Assembly (NCBI GenBank): GCA_037447605.1
Contig: CM074810.1
Span: forward strand, 2,824,880-2,888,879
Direction: 5' to 3'
DNA length: 64,000 bases
DNA from: Zygnema circumcarinatum SAG 698-1b
Lineage: Eukaryota > Plantae > Zygnematophyceae
Shown in pieces: positions 35,791 through 45,945 of the stretch. The notes beneath the pieces are model-generated. The model ran no database searches, was not told where the DNA came from, and saw only the letters and a program-made list of their open reading frames with translations. The number at the start of each line of letters is the position of its first letter. Positions within the stretch are counted from its first letter, which is position 1. Position numbers and translations under genes: made by a program.

Positions 35791-36636
35791 TCAGCCTCAA
35801 CATCGCATGCTTCACTGGCCTCTCGCCCTGTCGTACCACTCAGCAGCCCTCCTCCCATCCTTAGGAACCCCTCGTCCATGTTCGTAACAATATCCCATCG
35901 AGAGATGAGATTCAGCATGGCCGTGCTCCGCCGCCCTCTCGTACCACTCGACAGCCCTCCTCTCATCCTTGGAAACCCCTCGTCCATTGTAGTAACACTC
36001 TCCCAACATGTATTCAGCCTCAGCATGGCCTTGCTCCGCTGCCATCTTGTACGACTCGAAAGCTTTCCCCTTATCCTCACGAACCCCACGTCCCTTTTCG
36101 TAACACACTCCCAACTTGTATGCAGCCGCAGCATGGCCATGCTCCGCCGCCCTCTTGTACCACTCAAGAGCCCTCTTCTAATCCTCAAGAACCCCTTTTT
36201 CGTGTCCATAGAAGTAACACATTCCCAACTCGTATTCAGCCTTAGCATGGCCTTGCTCTGCCGCTTTTGTAAACATTTCCACTGCCTGAACCATGTCCTG
36301 TTTAATAAATTCGTTGCTCTTTCTGAAAATCTCTCCATCAGCAAATATTTCGCCCAACTGACACTGGGCTTCTGCATGTCCTTGATTTGCCGCTTTCTGA
36401 AGCAGCTCCACGGCTAGTGGAATGTCGTCAAGGACTCCCAAGCCCTGCATGTAACACGATGCCAACTCAGCTTGAGCGTCTTCCAAACCCTCATCGGCTG
36501 CCCTCTCTAGCAGCTCAACAGCCTTTACTAGGTCTTTTTGCACCCCATTCCCGGTCTTGAAACACAACCCTAACTTGCACTGTGCCTTCAAATCACCCTT
36601 CTCTGCAGCACGTGTGTAAATCTGAACGGCCTGTTC

Positions 36637-37562
36637 TATTGAAAATTAAGGCCCGGTCCCTCTCACTACTCTCACTCTCTGACATGCTTGCAATGTCTGA
36701 ATCACGACAACCCTCAAGTGCACACACTGAAAATCAAATGATCCAATCAAGCAAACATCGAAAGAGAATAAGTAAGGAGAAAGCTCCTCGGCCTCAAAAC
36801 TCCTTAATAAAGAAATGAAGAGAAACAAGCATTAACGTCAAGCCCTCAGGCTTCCACTTATGCTCTGACTAACTCCCCTACTTCCTGCTGCCCATACAGC
36901 CAGGCAACTGCACTCGGCATCACGAGCCAAGCTACAGCTGAATTAAGTTGAACTCTCAGGTTAATTAACTCCTAATCAACTCCTACTTAAATACTAAGCG
37001 CTGCACTCCTCCACGTTCTACGGGCACGCCGCCGCGCGCCACCGCGCTCCACCGCACAGCGCACCTCCATGTCGCTGGTGATGCTCCACGTCTCCGAAGC
37101 TCGCCCCGCACCGCGCTGGAACTCACCCTCAGGGTCGCCATGGCCAGGAGGGAGAAGGTCCGTACAGTTTACTCCTTCCAAAGGCGCACCGACCTTCTCG
37201 AAGCTTCGCATCCACGCGCGCGCTTCTCCAGCGCCTCTGGTCGTCCGCACACCCATGCATCTCGTACGCTCCGGACATTTCGTACGGTCGTCCACTAAAG
37301 CAATAAGCAATACAAAGCTGACCGCGCAGCCTATCGCTGCGCGCCACGTGTTCAACCTATGCTTACCAGTTCTAAGTAGACTCCTGTGGTGGCGCGACCT
37401 ATCACCGCCCTCCACGTGTCCTACTCAGACTTCCCGTGTTCCCACTACGAACAGCGCCCTAGCGCCCTGTTCAGACTGTGACCAAATCTCCTAAAGACCG
37501 CAGACAAAGGCTAAGGACCATACAGCGTACAATTCTAGGCTATACCCCTATTGTACCCAACA
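36637..37562 (-). mobile_element. Solo LTR (E-related family) inserted in a Sel1 exon
   Basis: TSD TGTTC at 36632-36636 and 37563-37567, one end mutated (TA instead of TG). Similar to the element E LTR and to 1-413; the Sel1 reading frame is continuous across the site. Confidence 0.9.
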
Positions 37563-39735
37563 TGTTCCATGTTCTTGAGAACTCCTCTTCCGTTCTCGTA
37601 GCACAGACCTAAACGGAAAAGTGCGCCCAAATGTCCCTGATTCGCCGCATTCCTGTAAAAAGTCGCTGGCTGCTCGAAATCCGGCCAAAATCCACGCATC
37701 CCCTCCTCACATTGTACCCCGAAGAGGTAGGACGAATCCCCTTGATCTCCACTTTCTACTACCAAAGAATTTCCCTCACCCCTAATATCAATTTTCCCAG
37801 AATTCGGTTGATCGTCGACTACATTGCCTGCCACTTTGGAAGCAAGAAGTTTCATAACCGCTTGAATGTAGTGCTCCTCTTCTGATTGCTTGTCGGATAC
37901 AGCGCGCCCCATGTCCGCCTTCACCTCTTCCATGAACTTTCCGATCTTCACAAGAACATGCCATGCATAATGGATTTGTTGATAATAAGTGAGCAATACC
38001 TTGACATAATGCATGGTTATAGGCTATTTATGCGCACAAACATGACAAAAATCCATGACGGCATTCAATGCATATGGAATGTCAATCACACTCGGATGTA
38101 CGTGGAGTTCAAAGCCCAATCTCACTAAACTAAGTCCACCCCCTTGAGAAAGAGCTGCTCCCACCTCCTGCTGCGTGACCTCCCTCTCCTCCAGAAGGCG
38201 GCTCACAAGCGCGTCCACCGACTCCGGCTTGTCCACCGCCGCCCCCCCCAACAGCGCCGCATTCTGCGCCCTCTCCTCCTCCCCCGCCCTCCACACGCGG
38301 TCCATCTCCTTCCGCTGCTCTCTGCTCTCTGCTCTCTGCTCCTCCCTACTCAGCTCCCGCGGCAGCAGGAAGTCCTGCTCGCACTGCGAAATGCAGAAAT
38401 GGATGTCCTTTATGTCCTCGGAGATCTGGTCGTGGAAGAGCCGGCGGTAGAGCGCGGTCCGGTTGCAGCGCGCGGCCACTTCTGTGGCGGAGTGCACGTG
38501 CTGCAGCACCTCCCGCAGGCCCTTCTCTTCCGGCAGGCGGCCCCTCTCCCTCTCCCTCTCCCTCTCCCTCTCCCTCTCCCTCTCCCTCTCCCTCTCCCTC
38601 TCCGCCATGCGCCCCTCCAGGAGGAAGGAGAGCCGCTCCACGCGCCGACAAAGGACCCCGCCCATTTTCTTGTGTGACGTCACGTTCTCCCACGCGCGCC
38701 GCAGGGCGCCTACCGCCTGGAGAATCGAAATCGCCGTCTCCATCTGTGGAAAAAGGAAGTGGTGAGGAGAAGGGAATGAGAGAGGGGGAGGAGGAGGGGG
38801 AGGGGGAGGGGGAGGGGGAGAGGGGAGGGAGAGGGGAGAGGGGAGAGGGAGGGGGAGAGGGAGGGGGAAGGGGGAGGGGGAGGGGGAGGGGAGAGGGGAG
38901 AGGGAGGGGGAGAGAAGAGGGGGAAGGGGGAGGGGGAGGGGGGGAGGGGGAGAGGGGAGAGGGGAGAGGGGAGAGGGAGCGGGGAGGGGGGAGGGGGAGG
39001 GGGAGGGGAAGAGTGGGGGGATGGGGGAAGGGGAATGAGAGAAGGGGGAGGGGGAGCTAGAGGGGAGAGGGGAGGAGAGGAGTGGGATGTAGAAAGAGGA
39101 AAAAGGTGTCGGAGGGATGGGAGGTAGAGAGAGTGAGAGAGGGGATGGTTACCTGGTTTTCCTTTGAAATAGAATCAGATACACGGCGGGACGGCGCCGC
39201 TAGATCCGGTTGATTTGCCTTCTTTGCATTCTCCGCTGCCCATTGCAGCCGAGGCAGAACATTGCTCTCAAGTTTCGGCCGAGCCGCCCTGTCCTCCTCC
39301 ATGCAGTGCAGCGCCACGTGGACAACTGCCTCTGTGTGGTCGCGCCCCCACGCCCCTCCCCGCGGGTCCAGCCTCGCCATAAAGACAGCTGTCGCCTTCT
39401 CCAACTCGCGCTCCGGTGGAGCCGCGTCAACCTCGAGGAGTCCATGGATGTTCTGATCTTGGACCACCGCTGAATAGTGTAACGACGAGGTCGGGTACTG
39501 GGTACGCGCAGGAGCTGGTGAGCGAGGGGTGACGCTGGGGCGTCGCCTGGAAACCAAAGGAGCGGCAGGGGACGTGAGAGGGAGGGTGGCCACGGGAGTG
39601 GCACGACAGGTTCAGGCGGGGGACCGAACCCCAGGGGCCAACGGAGGGCGCTCGCCAACACTCACCGCGCCAGCGGGCGGAGGGACAGGACGGCGCGGAA
39701 GCGGCCTCCCTCCCATCCAGAGTGGGACAGCGCCC

Positions 39736-40163
39736 TCACGTGAGTCTGCTCCTTATACTGAGGCAAAAAAGGCCGCCAGGAGACTTGGACGGGAGAGAGT
39801 CCATTGAGAGCGGACGTGTGGGAGGATCTGAGGGTGCAACCCCTCCCTCCTCGTTCAAAGAAGGTCGGGCCAGATCAGTGACGGTTAGTGAGATCGAGGC
39901 AGCATCAATGGACGAGATGAAGGACCGGAAAGAGTCGGGCAGCCCGCCCAAGAGATTACAGATGATCTCATCATCATGCACTACGCAATCAATGCTGCGA
40001 AGCCGTCTAGCAAAAGATTTGACGCGGTCAGTATAAGTTAGCATGGTTTCAGAGGATTCCTTTACGCAGTTAGGGAAGGCACGCCGCAAACAGAGTTTGT
40101 GAGACCACTTCCGAGGTTCGTATGCATTGATCAGAAGAGTCCAAGCGTCGTGGGAGCTGGTGG
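39736..40163 (-). pseudogene. Copia gag (UBN2-like) remnant inside the kinase gene
   Basis: SSHDAWTLLINAY and ETMLTYTDRVKSFARRLRSIDCVVHDDEIICNLLGGLPDSF. Confidence 0.7.
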
Positions 40164-40574
40164 TGTAACAAACCGGCCTCCAGCAAGGTTTGATCTCAGG
40201 ACCTCCCGGTATTCACCTAAGTGCTTTACCATTAAAAGGCAACCGCGGATGTAAGTACTAGGTCATACACTCCATGTATACCGTTCGTTACATTCCTCCC
40301 CACCTAAACCGTGCTCGTCCTCGAGCACCATGCGGGTTTTCACGAGACTTGGCTGTTCCAGCTCAACCAATCTATACCATGCTCAGAGATCACGGTGTTT
40401 TTAGGGTGGATTGCAAATACCAGTCCTTAGGCTCTGATACCAATGTAACAAACCACTGCCTGTAGCAGGGTTCGAACTCAGGACCTCCTGGTATTCACCT
40501 AAGTGCTTTACCATTAAAAGGCAACCGCGAATGTAAGTACTAGGTCATACACTCCATGTATACCGTTCGTTACA
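40164..40574 (-). mobile_element. TRIM (411 bp): LTRs 40444-40574 and 40164-40292, PBS 40431-40442, PPT 40293-40301; LTRs contain a tRNA-like sequence
   Basis: Two about 130-bp direct repeats with TG...CA ends, tRNA-iMet PBS, PPT ggggaggaa and a 151-bp non-coding interior. No matching TSD (ggtgg versus gctac). Confidence 0.9.
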
Positions 40575-40579
40575 GCTAC

Positions 40580-40919
40580 CTACACTCGCGAAGCACTGCT
40601 CCGAGTGCAGTAGCAGTAGGCATGAGCCTCCCCATAAAGGCTCGGGTGATTCTGGATGCTAAGCTTCTCCCCGTGGAGCAGCTTATGTAGCTCGCCGGGC
40701 CGTGACCCGGTCACGGCCGCCAGCATGCACAGGCTGTACAGACCCCTACGTGGGCTTGTGTCCGCCATGGCATTCTCAGTGTGCCTTAGTGCGCCCCTGT
40801 GCAGATGTCTCTGCACATGGTGGCAAGGCTCAGTGGGAGGGGAGCGCACTCGCTCTGACGCCGCCGCCTTCGCGCGAGTTTTCGAAACGCGGCTTTCCCG
40901 GTGTGCGCGTAAACCTTTG
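40580..40919 (-). pseudogene. Possible tyrosine-recombinase remnant
   Basis: RRGLYSLCMLAAVTGSRPGELHKL resembles the box I motif TGxRxxEL; the rest is cut by a gap and the TRIM. Confidence 0.4.
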
Positions 40920-41616
40920 NNNNNNNNNNCGGCTTCAAGTCGCAGTGCATGATACCTTTCTAATGCATGAACAGAAGAGTGGTCGCCATCTCGTATGATA
41001 TCCGGACGCGGTCCGCCCAACCAAGGGGGGGGTACTTGTTAGCAGGACCGCTCAGGCGGTCGTGGAGGCTCCCTCCGCTCATCAGCTCGCTCACAAAGCA
41101 ACGCGCTTCGGGGCTCCATCCCATGAACTGCACAATGTGGGGATTGTTGGGTACCCCGCGTAGAGCCGCCACCTCCTCCTCGAACCCCTCCGGGGGGGCG
41201 CTCTCATGGAGCCTCTTAACCGCCACAGGGGTGCCGTACAGCATGCCTTTGTAGACCAATCCATAGCGTCCTTTTCCGAGCAGGTTTGTGTCGGAGAAGT
41301 TGTCGGTGATCTCCACCATAAGCTTTTCCGGGAAGAGGAATGCATCAGGCATTTCCATTCCGGCTTTTCTTTCTTTGTCTTTCACTCTCTCTCTTTCTTT
41401 CTTTCTTTCTCTCTCCCAGTCTCTGCCTCTCTTTTTCTCGTTCTCTCTCTCTCTTTCTCGTTCTCTTTCTCTTTCTCTCTCTCACTCTTTCCCTCTCTCT
41501 CTGTGACCTTCCTGCTTGCGCCTTACTGCTAAAAGCCTCCGAGCGGGTCTATCTTGACTACCTGCAAAAACGCCGCCGGTCTTGGAAGAAATCGAAACTT
41601 GTTGGCGAATGCATGC

Positions 41617-41940
41617 GACTCTTTTGGAGAATGCGATTCGCCTGCATGCCATGCCATGCCATTGCTGTTCATAGGCGACTCCACGCGACGCTTTTGGAGA
41701 ATGCGATTTGCCTTCCCTGCATGCCATGCCATGCCATGCCATGCCACGGTGTTTACTGGCGACTCCATGCGACGCTTTTGGAGAACGCGATTGGCCTTCC
41801 CTGCATGCCATGCCATGCCATGCCATGCCACGGTGTTTACTGGCGACTCCATGCGACGCTTTTGGAGAATGCGATTGGCCTTCCCTGCATGCAATGCCAT
41901 GCCATGCAGAGTGTTCATCGGCGACTCCATGCGACGCTTT
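41617..41940. repeat. Minisatellite of about 80-84 bp units (about 4 copies) with internal (CATGC)n
   Basis: cgactccatgcgacgcttttggagaatgcgattggccttccctgcatgccatgcc... repeated near 41676, 41760, 41844 and 41922. Confidence 0.85.
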
Positions 41941-42927
41941 CGACTCCCGTGGGCTTCCCCTCGCATCCCCGCCAATGGTTGGCACTCTCGCGTTGGCTCT
42001 TGCCGGAAGCAACTGCCCCATTGGTTCCGCGAGCGGCCACCGTCCGCGGACTCGACCGCGTGCCATGATGCCATCCCGTCCGCCGCAGCGGCAGCGCGTG
42101 CGCGTACCGCTCGCTCTCGCGCCCACGGGCCACGTGGCAGCAACGCATTGACTGGCGAGGCTGCAGCGTGCTGTTACCGCTCGCTCTCGCTCCCGTGGTG
42201 ACACTCTCAAGACCTACCGTCAAACTCACGCGCTTTGACAACATCAAGACAGAGAATTCAAATAAAAGTCGGAAGAATCAAACCAATGGCAGCACGCCAC
42301 GTGTCCTCATAACACTTGGCAACCCGTGGTTGGCTGAAGTTCCGTTGTTATCCACCTTTATATATCTCAGAAACTCAGAAACTGAGATGAACACCCATGG
42401 ATCAAAATACTACAACGAAAAGAAAAACAACATTCTTGTCCACTTTCATTCTCAAACAGAAACTCTTTTAATTGACAAGCAGCGAGTTTCTTGATTCATC
42501 CGTCGTCCGTACAGCATACAATAGAATACAGCTAGAAGTGATCCGTTCCACCTTCTTCCTTTACTACTTCTAAAAAACAGAGAGAAAACAAAACACCAGC
42601 GACCTCTTCGTACAGATCCTGTTCAACATCACAAAAGGCCGACTTTTTGCAAAAATACGTATGCGCTCAAGCCCAATTTCTTACTATGGTACAGAGCCCT
42701 CCCCTCCCTCGTTCTCCCTCTCCCTCCTCCCCTCCCTTCTCCACTCCTCCCATCCTCACTCCTCAAAATAAAACATTCGCTCCTTCAAACATACACACAC
42801 TCTAACTCCCATCATGTTAAATCCTACCTCTCCGCCCCTCCCTTCCCTTTCTCTCCCTCCCTAATAGCACACCCTCCCTCCTCCCCTCCCCGCCCCTCTC
42901 CCTTCCCACTCTCCCTCTCTCTCCCCC

Positions 42928-45600
42928 TTACGCCATAGCCTGCTCCGCGGGAGCCATGACCTGCACGCTCTGCGAGGCGGCCATGGCTGCCGGGCCGGGC
43001 AGGGTCCCAGTTCTGCGGCGGAGCTCCCGCGCCTCCTGACAGAGCGCGCAATTGTGGCAGAAGAAGGGAAGGAAGAAGTCGCAGAGGGCCTCGAAAGACC
43101 CCGCCTTCACTCCGCAGCACCCCCCCACCATACAGAGGCAGAGCTCCGCATCACCCTGCAGAGGGTAAGTAGATGCAAACACATCAGCATTGGGAATCTC
43201 TCTCTTCATCTTTCTCTAACTCTCTCTCTCTCTCCCCTTCTAATTTTCTACGGGACTCTTCGTCTCTCGTTCAAGGAGAGTCGGAACATTCAATCTTTCG
43301 ATATCAATCTCTGTCCATCTAATTTCTTCGTGGTTCAGCGCCTTGCACTACTCTGAACTCTCCGGTTCAATCCAATTCCACAAAAGTCTCAGTTATCCCA
43401 GGAACCGAAAGTCCACAAAAAAGCCCAATTCCCATTTCCTCAACAAACGGATTTCTCCGAAAAGACTCTCCCACAAAACCATCCCAAAAAGCTCCGAATG
43501 CAACTTTGCACGACCCGCCTGCAGGCTCCCTCGAACTCACCCCAAAACGACCCAAATCCCACCTTTAATGAACCACCTGCAAACCTTTCTCAAACCCACC
43601 CCCAAAATATCCGAATCCCATCTTTCAAAACCCACCTGCAGGCCGTACTTGCGGCGAAGCTGCGTGCGGGTGAAAGGAGGGGGAGGAAAGAAAGGGGGCG
43701 AACACATTGACCCGGGCTGCACCTGCAATCACTTGCATGCACAGAGCATGCTGGTTTAGGTCGCAGAGGCAAGTCTAACCCACTGGGCCACCTGCCAAAA
43801 GCAATGGCCGCTGCGAAAAAAAGCCTGATCACTCATCTCTCTAACTTCATAGAGGAGAAATCGCTACTTTCTTTAAAACAATTGTGTTCAAATCGTGAAT
43901 GACCAACTCCCTTTCATCATTATGCTGGTCTATGTTGCAGGAGAGCTCCAACACCAATTCATGATAGAAATACAACACAAAGTCGCCAATGAACGGACAA
44001 AGGACAGCCAAGCAGCAGATCATGTTCAGTTCAGTTCAACCAAAACAAAACAACCTTTTTCAACTCCTTTCTCAGGGAGTGAGAAAGTCATACTGGGGGC
44101 TGTGTGCATCCTCCAAAGTTGAATAAGTTTCGAGGTGGGGGATTGTTGGTGGTCGCAGTCACTGCGCTGCATGCTATAAGTCATGTTCCCCGATTCCCCA
44201 TTCCCTCCTGGTATTCGTTTTTGATTCTCGCCCTTCACCGCTGCCTGCAATGTCAATGCAACACAACTTTGCATGTAAGTGCGAGGCAAAATCATCCCCA
44301 ACATGTGTCACAAGAAGTAGGCAGCTCTGCATAGCACATAGGCATTACAATGTAAATATTTGTGTTCTGCTGTTATGATTCTGCTATCTTAAAGGTCATA
44401 AGTTTGTATTTCCTCAATATCACATTCTAATGACACGTCTGTCTCTGACTCGTTCGATCTTAACTTACGATGAAGCAAATGAAGTAGTTACCATTCGTAG
44501 ACTTCGGAAGATCCACTAACTCTGTGTGCGAAACAGATGTTGTTGATGTAACCTGAAGATCGGGCATCTAAACCTACGATTCAGCAATGTTATCTTCTCA
44601 CACTAAAGTCAAGTAACAACGGACACATTTTCTGCCCATTCTAGATCATCAACGATGTGCTCCATTCCATCAAAACATTGGTTTCCTTTCGTGGTCCATG
44701 TAGGCTTCGTTTCCCATCCAACTATAATTGTACTTCAAAAATACACGAGTTCATTTTGATGGGGAACCGGCCATTGATGCGTCTGTTGAGCTATGAATAA
44801 TGGCCACAACCGATATTCGCTGGACCCTCTCCAGATTACAGCTACCCCCAAAACCGGCCTCTACCACTTGCTTGTTGTCGCTCTCACTTTCGAGAGGGAG
44901 GGAGACGGAGAGGGAGAGGGAGAGGGAGAGGGAGAGGGAGAGGGAGAGGGAGAGGGAGAGGGAGAGGGAGAGGGAGAGGGAGAGGGAGAGGGAGAGGGAG
45001 AGGGAGAGGGAGGAGGGAGAGGGAGAGGGAGAGAGGGAGAGGGAGAGGGAGAGGGAGAGGGAGAGGGAGAGGGAGAGGGAGAGGGAGAGGGAGAGGGAGA
45101 GGGAGAGGGAGAGAGGGAGAGGGAGAGGGAGAGGGAGAGGAGGGAGAGGGAGAGGGAGAGGAGAGGGAGAGGGAGAGGGAGAGGGAGAGGAGAGCGAGGG
45201 GAGGAAGGTAGCAAGGCAGACGAACGAAATGAGGGTGGGGACGAAGGCGTGAAGAGGGAGCGGAGGGAAGGGAATAAGAGAAGGGAGAGTTTGTGTGTGA
45301 GAGAGAGAAAAAGTGAGCGATGGCCAGAAGTGAGAGAACAAGAACACAGAGAGAAGGGAGGGTGAGCGGGCGAACTCACATATCTCCATCCGTGGACTGC
45401 CACGGAGATGCCGCCATGGAGCAGCAGTCGAACAGCCCCGTCTGCCATGGAACGCGCGCTGACGGCAGCGCTCTCCTCTCCTCCTCCTCTCCCTTCTCTC
45501 TCTCCTCTCCCTTCTCCCCCGTCTCCATCTCTCCCACGGAGAGCTTCTTGTCCTCCGAATTCAGCAGGGCCATGGCTTCCGAACACTCGGGCTTCTCCAT
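42928..45600 (-). pseudogene. PLAC8/CNR8-like gene copy A (exons 45380-45600, about 43638-43725 and 42928-43163), probably disrupted
   Basis: [25 protein letters not shown] and GDAELCLCMVGGCC...LCDFFLPFFCHNCALCQEARELRRR. It has a 2-bp deletion versus copy B just before the first donor. An intact middle exon was not found. Confidence 0.8.
44891..45190. repeat. (GAGAGG)n microsatellite in a PLAC8 intron; a similar tract is at 54810-54995
   Basis: Long near-perfect hexamer run. Confidence 0.95.
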
Positions 45601-45627
45601 GACAATTTCTTTTGCTCCCTGTCTCTT

Positions 45628-45668
<41 letters not shown>

Positions 45669-45719
45669 CTCTGGTCTCCTTGCTTGTGCCCTACTACCCA
45701 AGCTACCGAGTGCGTCTAT

Positions 45720-45945
45720 CTGAAATCCTCACCCTTACCCTAAACCCTCACCCTTACCCTTAAACCTATACCCTACACCCTATTCCCTAAACCTAAACCT
45801 AAACCTAAACCTAAACCTAAACCTAAACCCTAACCCTAACCCTTATCCAAAACCTAAACCCTGAACCGTTACCCCTACACCCTGCAACCTACACCCTAAA
45901 CACTGAACACTAAACCATAAACCCTACACCCTGACCCTTAAACTA
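45720..45945. repeat. Degenerate telomere-like (CCTAAA/CCCTAA) tract just 3' of paralog 3
   Basis: (aaacct)n run at about 45790-45830 plus ccctaa variants. Confidence 0.75.

Larger units (their letters stand above)
35787..41358 (-). pseudogene. Paralog 2: RLK/Pelle-type kinase, MCAfunc/MLKL-like helical domain, U-box deleted, about 9 Sel1-like repeats; pseudogenised
   Basis: GKGRYGLVYKG, VAVKRL, FEEEV, SELMSGGSL, then in-frame TAG (40960-40962) before KGIMHCDLKP. C-lobe exon about 39153-39470 is spliced at phase 0 (intron 38744-39152) to METAISILQAVGALRRAW. Sel1 region has a solo LTR and a TAG at 36178-36180. Confidence 0.85.

Noticed and set aside
40444-40574. Functional tRNA gene
   Set aside because: The acceptor stem and D-arm are incomplete and the sequence is duplicated as the LTRs of a TRIM; reported as tRNA-like only.
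41617-41940. CRISPR-like array
   Set aside because: The units are full tandem repeats without unique spacers, in a eukaryotic context with no cas genes.
43730-44880. Candidate middle exons of PLAC8-A or a transposon remnant
   Set aside because: No segment gave a convincing in-phase PLAC8 core or a recognisable TE motif; left unannotated.
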